A stretch of 47,877 bases of DNA from Octopus sinensis (GCF_006345805.1 NW_021834522.1:1-47877), one strand, 5' to 3'; positions 11,589 to 23,450 are shown, counted from the first letter of the stretch. Numbers and translations: made by a program. The notes: a model not told the origin generated them from the sequence alone.

Positions 11589-11626
11589 CAGTACCGGTTT
11601 CGGTCATTTTGAGACCTTTTCAACTG
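11589..11626 (-). ncRNA. Minimal type-I hammerhead motif with U3-A8 compensatory core (GUA)
   Basis: CAG-TTGAAAA-GGTC-TCAAAAT-GACC-GAAAC-CG-GTA/CTG: 4-bp helix II, palindromic ACCGGT helix III, 3-bp helix I. Confidence 0.7.
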
Positions 11627-11764
11627 TAACGATTAAATAATTAAATTTAGAAAAATTAGAAGAAAAGTTTTTTTAAAAGAATATTTCTATAGTAGTGTTC
11701 AGATTTAAGTGGCATTCTGCCTTTCTCTGACTCCCTTGTTTGCACTTGTGTATATATATATATA

Positions 11765-12135
11765 CAGCGTGACTGTATTGGTAAGGGGCATGCTTCCCGA
11801 CTACATGCATTGGGGTTCAGTCCTTCTGCGTGACACCTTGGGCAAGTGTTTTCTACTATAGCCTCAGCTGACCAAAGCCTTATAAGTGGATTTGGTAGAA
11901 GGAAACTGAAAGAAGCCCATCGTATATATATGTATATATTTATGTATGTCATTGTGTCTGTGCTTTCGCCCCACCATTGCTTGACAACTGATCTTGATGA
12001 GTCTACGTTCCCGTAACTTAGCTGTTCAGCAAAATAGACCGATAGAATAAGTACTAGGCTTTCAAAGAATAAGTATTGGGATCGACTTCGACTAATTAAA
12101 CCTTTCAGGCGGTGTTCAGTATGGCTGCAGTGATA

Positions 12136-12140
<5 letters not shown>
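11765..12140 (+). mobile_element. SINE family A, diverged near-full copy
   Basis: Head gactgtattggtaag...ggggttcagtcc, body and 3' domain recognisable. Confidence 0.8.
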
Positions 12141-12201
<61 letters not shown>

Positions 12202-12236
12202 TTGAGTACCTTATTTACTGTGGTTAACCCCGACTC

Positions 12237-12698
12237 AATATTCTCCGCTTGCATGGACAAACAACATTCATAATTCGAAGTTTCAAGCATGACTCTTCAT
12301 TCACATCCTCAACCTGGGAAAATATATTTATATATATTTTTTATCTTTTTACTTGTTTCAATCATTAGACTGTGATCAGGCGGAGACACTGCCATGAAGA
12401 ATTTTTAGTCGACTGAATCAACCCCACTACTTTTCAAAGACTGGTACTTATTCTGGCGAACTACTTTGCCAAACTGCTAACTTACGGGTAAAGACACTAA
12501 CATCGATTGTCAAGCGGTGGTGGAGAGACAAACACAGATACAAAGACACACACACACACACTCACGTAGATATATATATATATAGATAGATATATAAAAG
12601 ACCGATAGAATAAGTACTAGGCTTTCAAAGAATAAGTATTGGGGTCGACTTCGACTAATTAAACCTTTCAGGCGGTGCTCAGTATGGCTGCAGTGATA

Positions 12699-12739
<41 letters not shown>

Positions 12740-12771
12740 ATTTCGGAATGGTCATTTTGCCAGTTTAGCCA

Positions 12772-12843
<72 letters not shown>

Positions 12844-12951
12844 TATCCCTGCAGCCATACTGAGCACCGCCTGAAAGGTTTAATTAGTCGAAGTCGACCC
12901 CAATACTTATTCTTTGAAAGCCTAGTACTTATTCTATCAGTCTTTTATATA

Positions 12952-13029
<78 letters not shown>

Positions 13030-13399
13030 GATTATAATATATATATATTATATATATATATATATATCTACGTGAGTGTGTGTGTGGTCTTTGTATCTGT
13101 GTTTGTCTCTCCACCACCGCTTGACGACCGATGTTAGTGTCTTTACCCGTAAGTTAGCAGTTTGGCAAAGTAGTTCGCCAGAATAAGTACCAGTCTTTGA
13201 AAAGTAGTGGGGTTGATTCAGTCGACTAAAAATTCTTCATGGCAGTGTCTCCGCCTGATCACAGTCTAATGATTGAAACAAGTAAAAAGATAAAAAAATA
13301 TATATAAATATATTTTCCCAGGTTGAGGATGTGAATGAAGAGTCATGCTTGAAACTTCGAATTATGAATTGTTGTTTGTCCATGCAAGCGGAGAATATT
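12237..13399. repeat. ~1.16-kb inverted duplication (arms ~12237-12720 / ~12830-13399)
   Basis: Arms match apart from a few substitutions and microsatellite length. They contain PLE endonuclease 3' sequence plus two SINE pieces; the TA-rich spacer holds a 40-bp unique insert. Confidence 0.95.
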
Positions 13400-13620
13400 T
13401 CTTCACTAATATACAAATTGTTCACTGTCAATGCTATGATATTTGATTTTTCTGTAATACAGAGGTCGCATTTGCTGCCCCGTCCCATATTGCATAGCTA
13501 TTACATAGGGGTTGTCTACGCTCCTCTCTTTATACCATGTTGTATAAAGATGTATGTCAGTGAACGAACCTATTCCGATAAGTTATTTTCCCCAGGAGCT
13601 GTGTATTTATTTTGAAATCC
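13330..13620 (-). pseudogene. PLE GIY-YIG endonuclease C-terminal remnant
   Basis: GRGSKCDLCITEKSNII...EIFSACMDKQQF resembles the CxLCLxEK...SEIxSxCRHxNKF ending of PLE ORFs (compare 47620-47740). Confidence 0.7.
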
Positions 13621-13834
13621 CGCATGGTTTCGCGTAACTCCATGTATTTTCATTCAAAATGGAAATGAGGACCAGTATTCCAGAGTGAAACACTTGAATA
13701 ATTGTGGAGATCTTTTTCCCATGGAGCCACTGACCGCTTTGTTAAACATCAAAAAGTTACACACAGACACACATGCACGCATACGCACACACACATGCAT
13801 ATATGCAATTATATAGATATATGTATATTTGTTG

Positions 13835-13880
<46 letters not shown>

Positions 13881-14099
13881 GTATGTATATGTATATATGA
13901 GTGTGTGTGTGTGTGTGTGTGTGTGCGTTGGTATATATCTGTGTGCGCGTGTTTGCCAGAGTATGGTATATTACATATATATATGAGATACTTAATGCGT
14001 ATATCCACATTCACACACAGACTTACATATATACTAACTCAGACCAATATATATATTATAACCTAGTGGAGAGGCGGCGCTCCATATACGTGCATTAAT

Positions 14100-14350
14100 A
14101 TGATTCGAATAGTTTGGTCTAATTAATCAAAAAAAATTTATTTTCATGACGGTACTTGGTCATTAACTCGGATTTTCTGAATAGAATGCAGAAGTTCCTC
14201 CGTCGATGAATCTGTTGTCCTTCATGCGATTAACCACGAAATTTAAAAATTTGTGTGAGACACATTTTTGTTGTGCTGGGTAGCATGTTAGAGACCTTGT
14301 GTCTATTTTACTTGCTGATTTAAAGATGGCTGTTTTGTTTACGAAATGGC
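14100..14350 (-). pseudogene. Second PLE endonuclease C-terminal remnant
   Basis: Minus frames give TKMCLTQ and KSELMTKYRHENKFFLIN*. Confidence 0.5.
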
Positions 14351-14388
14351 TCTTAAAGATGTATGTATGTATATATGTATATATATAT

Positions 14389-14433
<45 letters not shown>

Positions 14434-14868
14434 ATATATATGCATATGTGTGTATATATATCTATATGTAATATATATATGTGTATGTTTATGTGTGTAT
14501 GTGTATTGTGTGTGAGATGTAGGCATGTATGTATGTAGACATGATATTAATTTGGCATTTATAGTTAACGTGAGTAAATTGCTTATTGAAAGCTGACGAC
14601 AAAATTGGTTAACCAAGTGGAACTTTTGCGTGTGTGTGTGTGTAGGTGTGTGTATCAACAAATTATATATATATATATATATTTAGTTATATGTAATTTT
14701 ATATGTGTAATCCTCTCTCATCTCTCAATACATATATTGTATGCATATGTGTGTATATATGCACACATATACACACATATGTGGACACTCATATATACAC
14801 ACATATATTTTGTATGAACATATATTAATGTATGTATATGAGTGAGTTCGTGTGCATGCAAGCTCGCT

Positions 14869-14910
<42 letters not shown>

Positions 14911-14913
14911 TAG

Positions 14914-14962
<49 letters not shown>

Positions 14963-15334
14963 TGTATGTGTATGTATTATCGTATATATGATTGTGAGTA
15001 TATTGTATTTGTCATGATTTTCATATTTTATGTATTCTTTTTAAAAAAAATCTGTCATAAATTTCATGCTGACATGGTTTTACATATCTTTGGTGACATG
15101 TTCAGCTGACACGTGGTCTCTCTCTTGACGTGGAGTTCTGGGTGTTCTTTGTATGCATATATGTATATATGCATGTGTTTATAGGTGTACATACATGCAC
15201 ATATATACATACACACACAATCACACATACATATATATATGTATATGTATGTGTATGAATACATTTGTATACACATAAACACATACACACACACATATAT
15301 ATATATACATACACACACACACACACACACACAC

Positions 15335-15379
<45 letters not shown>

Positions 15380-15507
15380 CTACGTGAGTGTGTGTGTGTG
15401 TGTATAGTCAATCCAAGCAAGAACAAACAAGAAAAAAACAACAACGCGAGGATGTGGTAAAAGTACTGTTTTATTGGACGCTCAGGAAAGGAAAGAAAAG
15501 AAAGAGG

Positions 15508-15543
15508 ATTTCACGTTTCGAGCGGAGTTCTTCATCAGAAAAA
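15508..15543 (-). ncRNA. Hammerhead motif at PLE 3' end, probably inactive (GUG triplet), extra A after A9
   Basis: TTTTT-CTGATGA-A-GAA-CTCCG-CTC-GAAAC-GT-G-AAAT: intact core, one helix II mismatch, G17. Confidence 0.6.
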
Positions 15544-15679
15544 TTGAAAAAGTCTAGAGAAGGGAAGACGGAGAAAGAAAATCGCCAACGATACACACGC
15601 GGTCATATATTGAAATGACCGGAAGGGAATAGGTGATGAAAGAATTCTTTCTAAGACAGGAGAGTGCAAGAGAAGGAGA

Positions 15680-17130
15680 TATGTGTATGTATGTGTGGGT
15701 ATGTGCGTGCGCGCCGGTCTGTGTGTTTGTTTGTGTGTAATGGTAGCACGTGTATGTATGTATGTGTGTGTGTGTGGTTGTGGCTGTTTATGTATGAGTG
15801 TGATGGGACTTTGTGTCACTTAGTGTCGTAGGAAGAATTTTGGTAGGAGTGGCTGTCTGTTGTGTTTCTCCCTTCACATGTACCTTAATCTCTGTGTGTG
15901 TGTGTGCGTGTATGTGCGTGTGTGTGTCCATGTATGTATAATTGTGTGCGTGTATGTATGAGTGTGTATGGGAGGTATGTGTGGGTTCATTTGCGTGTGC
16001 GTTTGTATGTATGTGTGTGTATATGTGTGTGCGTGTGAGTACATGTGCGTGTGTACATGTGTGTGTATGTATGCGCGTGTGTATTGTGTGTGTGTGCATG
16101 TACGCGTGCCTGAGTATGTGTGCGCGCGTGTGTGTGAGCGAATGGTTGTGTGGAGAGGTATATGTACGTTTTTTACGTGTGTATGCGCATGCGTAGGTGT
16201 GCATGTGTATGTGCGTGTAGTTGTGTGTGTGTGAATGCGTGCGTGTGTACATGTGTGCGTGTGTGTGTATGCAGGTGAGTATACGTGTATGCCTGGGCTT
16301 GTAAGTGTTAGGTATGTGTGCATTCGTGTGCGTGTGCGCGCAGGCGACCGTGCGTGCGCGCGTGTATGTGTGCGTGTGGATGTATGTGCGTGTATATCTG
16401 TATGAGTATGTGTATGTGTGCGTGCGTGTATGTATATATTGTGTGTGTGTATGTATATGTATGTGTGTGTATGTGTGTATGTGAGTTTGTGTATGCGTGT
16501 GTGTGCTTACGTGCGTGAGTGTATGTGCGTGTGTTATGCCTATGTGTGTGTTATTGTGTGCGCGTCTGTATGAGTGTATGTGTGTATGTGTGCGTGTGTG
16601 TATATGTGTGTGTGCGTGTGTGTATGTTCGTGTGTGCATGTGTGTATGTGCGTGGCTGTGTATATGTGTGTTTGAACGTGGAGATGTGTGTCCAGTTATG
16701 TGTATGTTTTGTTGCGTGTATGCGCGTATGTTTGTGTATGTATGTGTATGTGGTTGTGCGTACGTGTATACGTTTATGTGTGCACGGGGTTGTGTGGGTT
16801 AGGTATGTGTGCATTCCTGTGCGTGTGTATGTTTGTGTACGTGTGTGTGTGCGCGCATGTATGTGTGTGCGCGTGGGTGTATGTGGGTGTGTGTGTATGC
16901 ATGTGTGTGCATATGTGTGTGCGCGTGTATGCGCGTGTGCATGTGTATGTGCGTATGTGTATGTGTGTGTGTGTGTGTGGAAGTATATGTGTGTGTATGT
17001 GCATGTATGTGTTGTATGTGTGTGGTGTGTGTGGGAGGTATATGTGCGTTCATGTGTGTGCACGGGTGCGTGTATTTTTTCGTTTGTGTGTATATGTACG
17101 CGCGTGTGTGTATGTGTGCGTGTATATACA
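15680..17130. repeat. ~1.45-kb degenerate (GT/CA)n low-complexity tract
   Basis: Continuous imperfect GT, GC and AT dinucleotide mosaic. Confidence 0.95.
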
Positions 17131-18883
17131 AATAAAAAATATAATAAATTATGAAAAAATAAGGTTGAAAGGGAATAAAGAAATTAACAATATAAAATAG
17201 CGCAATTAAAAACAAAAAATGAAAAATGAAATAAGGTCAAGGAATAAATAAGGTTGCCTTGTTGCAGGAGATTGTAGAGACAGTCAATAGAAGGAGGGGT
17301 TGTGTTTAGTCCGAAGGGGATAGTTGTTCATATAACGCTGTTCCAGGCGGAGTCGCAAGTGTGCGGATCCGTAGTGCAGAGCGAGGCCAAAGACGGAGAT
17401 GTTAGTAATGGAGTGGTTGGCTGGCTAAGCGGAAGTGACAGGCAACGGGAGTGTTCGAACGTAGCCGAATATCCCTTAGATGTTCGGTGAACCAGTCGGC
17501 CAGCTAGTGGCCCGTCTGACCCACATATAGTTTACCACAGAGGTTGCAACTAATACAGTATATGAGGCTAGAAGAGAAGGAATTTGTGATGCAAAGAGTG
17601 TACTGGTTGGAACCAGTGAGAGAAGTAGTGTTGGGAGGAAGGAGCAGGTGTGGCAGCGGGATCTGGATCACGTGAAGGATCCGGGGCTGGAGGGGAAGAG
17701 AAGGTGCTATGGACTAGAAAATCGCGTAGATTCAGGGTGCGTTTAAAGGAGGACAAGGGTGCGTTGGGGAAAATGGGGCGGGTGGTGGGATCGAGCTGGA
17801 GACGATGGAAGGCCCGAAGGATCCTCCAACGAAGGGGTAGAGTGGAGGGGTGGAAAACGAGGGGAAGATTGTGGTTAAGGGATTGGTGTGAAAAAGGAGA
17901 GAGGGTGGTGGTCCGATCTATTCGACGAGCACGGACAAGGGCGGTTTCCTCGATGCATGAACAGGCGGGAAAGGGGGTATCCTCGATGCATGAACATGCG
18001 GGAAAGGTACTAGGACTGGGTCTCAAAAGCCTGGTCCCGGCTGCACAAACGTCGAGGGAGGAGGAACTGGGAGTAGGTTATGGTCTGTTTGGTGTGGAAG
18101 GGATGGGAGGAGGAGAAGTTGAGATAGAGGTGGGGATCTCTAGGTTTGAAGAAGGTGGAGGTGGTGAGAGAGTGGGAGGGGTGGTCAATGGTAAGAGAGA
18201 TATCAAGGAAGTTAACCGAGGTGTTAGAGATAGTGGAAGTAAACTGGAGAGAAGAGTGGAAGTTAGGAAGTGGCAGAGTTGTTCACGGCAGAGGGAGGTG
18301 GCATCTATACAGTCGTTTATGTAGCAACCGTATAACTGTGGTGTCGGCGAAATTGGATCCCATTCTCGTTCCCATCGCGACCTCAGACTACTGTTGGTAG
18401 GTTTCCCCGGCGAACGTAAAGCAGTTGAGGGTGAGGACGAACTCTGCCAGGCGAAGAAGTGTGGAGGTGCTGGGTGTGGGGTCAGGGCAACAGTCAAGGA
18501 AGTATTGGAGGGCTAAGAGACCGACGTTGTGGGGAATCGTCGTGTATTGGGATTTTAATGTCCAAGGTGAAGAGGAGGTGTGAGGGACCGGGAGGGAAGG
18601 AAAAGAATTGAAGAGGCGAAGGGCGTGATTAGTGTCGTGTATGTGGGATGGGAGGGTAGTAGACAGGATGCGGTCTTTTATTTGTTTCTGTCAGTAGACT
18701 GCGACTCTGAATTGGATCTGCCTTCAAGGATTTCGTGGAGCAAACGTTTTGCCATACCAGGGTCATAAACAAAGCAAATAATGGTGGGAGTCAAGCACAG
18801 AGTCACTCACAGATACACATACAGAAATACACAGCCATGCAAATACAATGAAACACACAGAAATCCCATCCCCTCACATATAC

Positions 18884-19030
18884 GATGGGCTTGACACAGT
18901 TTCCGTCTACCAAATTCATTCAGAAGGCATTGGTCGGCTCAAGGCTATAAGTAGAAGAAACATGCCGAAGGTGCTGCACAATGGGACTGAACTCGCAACC
19001 ACGTGACTGCAAAGGGAGTTTCTTAACCAC
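18884..19030 (-). mobile_element. SINE family A head, diverged
   Basis: cagtttccgtctacc...tgggactgaactcgcaaccacgtg. Confidence 0.75.
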
Positions 19031-19285
19031 TATATATTTATGGGCCTTCGCCAATAAGTATGTGTGAGTGAGTGAGTGTGTGTGTGTGTATACGCACATA
19101 TTTATGAATATGTATATATGTATGTGTCTGTATACATACATATACATGCATATGTCTATACACACAATCACACACGCATCAATGTCTGTTTTTTTGTGCA
19201 GTTGTAATAAAAACAATTTTACATTAATCTGATGGGTTACTTTTGTAGAGTACAAATCTATTGTTCTTGTACAAGATTGTTATTC

Positions 19286-19330
19286 ACAGTAACTTCGAAG
19301 TTTCGGCCAGCTTAGCCATCGTCGGAATGT
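19286..19330 (-). ncRNA. Degenerate minimal hammerhead motif (U4C), palindromic helix III
   Basis: ACATT-CCGACGA-T-GGC-TAAGCTG-GCC-GAAAC-TTCGAA-GTT/ACTGT: 4 of 5 bp in helix I, 10-nt palindrome ACTTCGAAGT. Confidence 0.55.
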
Positions 19331-19959
19331 CTGTCGTATATATACACATATGTATATGTGTGTGGTGCATATTTGTGTCAAAATGTTTAATTGTATTTCT
19401 TAATTAAAAGTTAATGTCCTTCTTAGCTTCCCACTAATGTTATTTGTTAAACCCAGTACCGGCTCTTTTCCGGCAAACCTCCCATCCTTCACATCATTCG
19501 ATTTTTTTTTATACCTAAGACTTTCAGTTTATTTTGTGATTTGAGGCAGATGTAGTTCCTTATTCTAGTAAGTTGACCCACATCGTAGAAGCTCCTTTCT
19601 TGTTTTGTATGTTAGTTGATGATTATTAGGATCTTCATTGCACCATGTTGTGTAATTGGTCAAACTTCTTAAGAAATGGAGTGACCTAATGGATATGTGG
19701 CCTGAATCTCGTCATTTTAAGCAGTAGTAACTCTGTGTGAATAACGAGTGTGTTTTGCAGACTCAGACTGCCAAGTAAATGCCAGTTTTTCACACTAGAG
19801 CACTTAACCGCGATAGACTTGTACCATTGCAACGGGAGCTGTTCCTTATGAAAGTCAGCTCAGATAAGATTCCACCTGGTGATTCTCAGAGGTTTGTGTT
19901 GGGACAAACTTCTGATTCGAATCGCAAGAACTGGTCATATGTGTGTGTTACATATTATA

Positions 19960-20028
<69 letters not shown>

Positions 20029-20036
20029 TATATACA

Positions 20037-21757
20037 CTAGCATCATGACCCGGCGTTGCCGGGTCATAGTGCTAGTGCATGTATATATGTGTATATATAT
20101 AAATGTGTACATATTATATGTACATCTATATATATGCATCTACACATAAAATACAAAATACAATGTTATATCTTGATATCGCTAATGATAACAATACTCA
20201 AAATATATAACAGACTGGAATTGTAGGCCCGTCTCTTGCAATTTCGATCAATTGTATCTTGTCCTCCCTCTTGTATAGAAGTGTGGCTACAATCCAGCCT
20301 ACCTCTACTTCTGGTGGGGACATTTTAAATTTTTACCCCGGGATGTCCTACGTCCCAGATATAAAGGTAAAAATAAAATATTTTCACTTTGCAAGGTTCG
20401 AGTCGAGTACTCCCTTGCACACTCTGTTGACTCGAACGTTGCTTCTATTGTGGCGAATTTACCGCCTCTGGTTAGATATCTTTCATAGTCGCACCAAGAC
20501 ACTTTTCGATGGTGCTTTCCTCCAGGTGTTCAAATCTTTTTTTTCTCTACATTGTATACTTCATAGACAATAGTCTTTTCTTTAATTTTATTTTTTATTT
20601 CGTTTGGTGGTGTTATCCTATATTCATCGTCTTTGTCGGTGATCAATCCGAAATAGGTTTGTATTTCTTCCATTTTAATTTTAATGAGTTCGCGCCCGCT
20701 GACGGCTGCAGCGAAATTCGTTTTTCGACTTTCTTCTATCGAAGACATTTTAGCAAAAATGCTTCCGTATAAACGGTGAAAATATTGTCAATTTCCCCAA
20801 ACAGGGACACAATTCACTTTTTAAACAATAACCAAAGCTCCTTCTCCCAAAGGGGGAGGGTTACGGTTTAGAATTATTTAACAAATGCAACACAACAACG
20901 CTTACCTTACGAGGAACCAACAAACGTGATAACAATAGTTAAACAGTAATAATAATAACAAACCTTACGGTGAATCAAAAAGCAGTACGCAGTTGAAGCT
21001 ATAGTCCTTTATGCATAAGAAATAAACCAATATAAGAAATACTCAGTAGAACGTCTGTTCCACGAAACAGACATTACATACAGCAATATTTCATATAGAT
21101 ATTTAATGCTAGCTAATTAGCAGATAATCTAATGTAAAAGCCGTGGTAAAGAGTATGTGCACAGCTCCATCTGGACTATTCCATTTATGCACACTAATTT
21201 TATTTTTAATTTATTCCCATTTATGTGAAGCCACTTATTCAAGTTCAAGTCATTGATGCAATTTTATACCAATTGCTATTGTTCCTTTTAATTGTTATGT
21301 TACGATTTAATTATTATAATATACTTTAGTTTCATTTTAATTATTACTTACTACATATAATTCAATTTTTATTATTATCTCTAATTGTTATTGTTAAAGT
21401 GAAAGTATCTGACATAAAATAGAGAAATGTTTTTGTTTCACTTTTAACACGTAATACTGAAATAGTGGAGAAGATATGATATTGCTATGGGCTCGCCCTA
21501 GGCAAGAAGTTGAACATCTTTTTTGCCCATGAAACTACATGGACCCTAAGTAAGGCATGTGTAAAATTTGAATGAAAATGGTTGTGTAGTTCTCAAGTTT
21601 TAGGGAATCATAGTGGAGAAGATATGATATTGCTGTGGGCTCGCCCTAGGCAAAAAGTTAAAAATTTTTTTTGCCGATGACACTCCCTGGACCCTAAGTA
21701 AGGGAAACACACAGACAGACAGACATACACACATTCTCAGCTTTATATATATAGAGA
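20037..21757 (-). mobile_element. Probable non-autonomous Helitron
   Basis: Minus-strand 5' end A|TCTCTATATATATAAAG followed by (TCTG)n; 3' end is a GC-rich hairpin then CTAG|T; ~94-bp internal direct repeat (21462-21555, 21610-21703). Linkage of the two ends is inferred. Confidence 0.55.
20220..20750 (-). pseudogene. LINE ORF1-like N-terminal fragment
   Basis: Frameshifted chain MSSIEESRKTNFAAAV...ATIEATFESTECAREYSTRTLQSENILFLPLYLGRR...PPEVEVGWIVATLL; resembles, from memory, ORF1 proteins of non-LTR elements. No RT follows. Confidence 0.4.
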
Positions 21758-22250
21758 TATATATGTATGTGTGTGTGAGTATGTGTGCGCGTGTGTGCGT
21801 ATGTGTGTATAGAAACACAGGCATATATATATATATATATATGTCTGTGTTTCTATACACATATATATGTGTATATATATATATGTATATATATATATGC
21901 GCACACACAGATACACACACAGGCACCAACACACATCTATATACATATATATTTGTGCTTGTGCCTCTGTGTATGTTTGTATCTGTTCGTGTGCACTTAT
22001 ATGTATATAAGAGTGTGCGTGTACTTGTGTGCGCGTGTGTGTGCGATAGAGAGAGAGTAGAATGAGAGAGGGAGAGCGAGAGAGAACTAGAGAGAGAGAG
22101 AGGGAGAGCGAGAGAGAGAGAGAGATGTGTGTGTGACCACATGTGTATAGTTGTGTCATTTTTGACGGAACATGAAACTATGTGTGCAATGTGGAAACTA
22201 GAAGCTACCGTTAATATGGAAATATTTATTTCATTTACTCAGTCCCGCAG

Positions 22251-22329
22251 GTCTTATTAGATCTGTCACTTACTGTGCCACTTCTACAGGCTTTTAACGG
22301 AATTATTGGATTATCCACTCAATCACCTG
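22251..22329 (+). CDS. Candidate 79-nt internal host exon (VLLDLSLTVPLLQAFNGIIGLSTQSP), gene not identified
   Basis: Pyrimidine-rich acceptor tttatttcatttactcagtcccgcag|, donor ctg|gtaagg, open in phase 0 to phase 1, unique non-repeat flanks. Confidence 0.5.
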
Positions 22330-23227
22330 GTAAGGATTTTAAAGATTTTACGCAAGCTGGTTTCATAAAATTACCCCGAAACACACAAACAAGTCTTTTT
22401 TTAAAATTTAACGTTTTCCTGTTAATGTAAATTTATTATTAAAATGGTTTTTCCAGAATGCTGGAATAGCAAGCGCGATAGAGTTGGCACAAATAAATGC
22501 CATATAGGATTTAGTTACTTTCTAAGAAAACAAAAACAAAAAAAGGAAAAAAAGCTGTGGGTGATATTTACTTTCATCTAGCTGCTGTTGTTGTTGTTGT
22601 GACGGCCCAGGTCATTTTCTAGTTCAGCAGAACTTTGGCAGAAAGGTAGCAGCTGAGAGACTAGTTGTGACCCATATCTAATGGTCCAGATACATTCAGC
22701 CTTTGTTAACAAGGGTGAATTTAGTCGACTATATCTGATTCCCGTGGGCGATTCAATTGGGAATCGGTACAAGTCTTGGCGCCCGAGAAGAATATAGTTC
22801 TGTATCTTATGGCATAGAGAAAGTGAGAGTTGTCACATGACTTTCCATACATTGAAATGATTGGATTTTGAATGCTTTTCTTCCTCAAAAAGAAATGAAA
22901 TCAGAAAACATGACAGTGGATTTCATTAGCATACGTGAAGAAACATGCCACAAACAGCTAATGATAATGTAATTGCCAGCATATGTGTTAATTTGCCGAT
23001 CCAAGAAGGTTACAATTGTTCATTCCATCTAATATTTATTCATGACCATTCCGTTGTAATTTCTGACATGGTGTATTTTGGATCGCAACATCTATCGTGG
23101 GCGTACTTATTTAAGAAGGTAAGGTGCAGATACAGCGATCACTCAATAATTGATTTTTGTTCATTAAACAATACTAGTGATCGAATCCTCATCAATTATA
23201 TATTTTTAGAACTGTATATACTATTTT

Positions 23228-23450
23228 GTTTTTATGACCGGGTTCCGATCCGGACCGCAATAACAAAGTCCACCTCCACCACATCACTGCTTCGAGGTCC
23301 TGGAAACATTCCAGTCCGGTGTCTGCGATCAAGTTGTTGACGACGTTTTCCTATTCTTACATCATGAACTGGGTTCCACAAGATTAATTTGGATTGTTGC
23401 AGGTGAAGGTGACGCACGCAGTGACCAAATAGTCGCATATATCAATGTTT
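23228..23450 (-). mobile_element. RTE-clade LINE, 3' ORF2 remnant
   Basis: RLFGHCVRH...SKLILWNPVH, then in another frame LIADTGL...DLEAVM, typical of RTE ORF2 C-termini. Confidence 0.6.

Larger units (their letters stand above)
15400..18690 (-). mobile_element. 5'-truncated Penelope-like retroelement (Neptune-like): RT + GIY-YIG, long CA-rich 3' UTR, terminal HHR
   Basis: Minus-strand decayed ORF 18690-17301: LFTLDIKSQYTTIPH, LAEFVLTLNCFTF, VAMGTRMG (18358-18375), YINDC (18312-18323), CHTC, LIYCISCNLCGKLYVGQTG, EHLRDIR, PVACHF, PFGLNT. Then a degenerate (CA)n tract and a pLTR-like end with HHR. Confidence 0.85.

Noticed and set aside
13335-13370. TGAAGA...GAAACTTCGAA on +; also isolated core matches at 11391-11410, 24153, 31481 and 39845-39862
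   Set aside because: Each lacks either the second core segment or pairing helices.
19600-19900. Possible L2/CR1 RT C-terminal remnant on - (CSSV, LQN, VTPFLK)
   Set aside because: Too degenerate to call by eye.
22945-23340. ORF of 131 aa with donor aag|gtaagg at 23118 as a second host exon
   Set aside because: Weak acceptor, unrecognisable peptide, and the 3' part overlaps the antisense RTE fragment.
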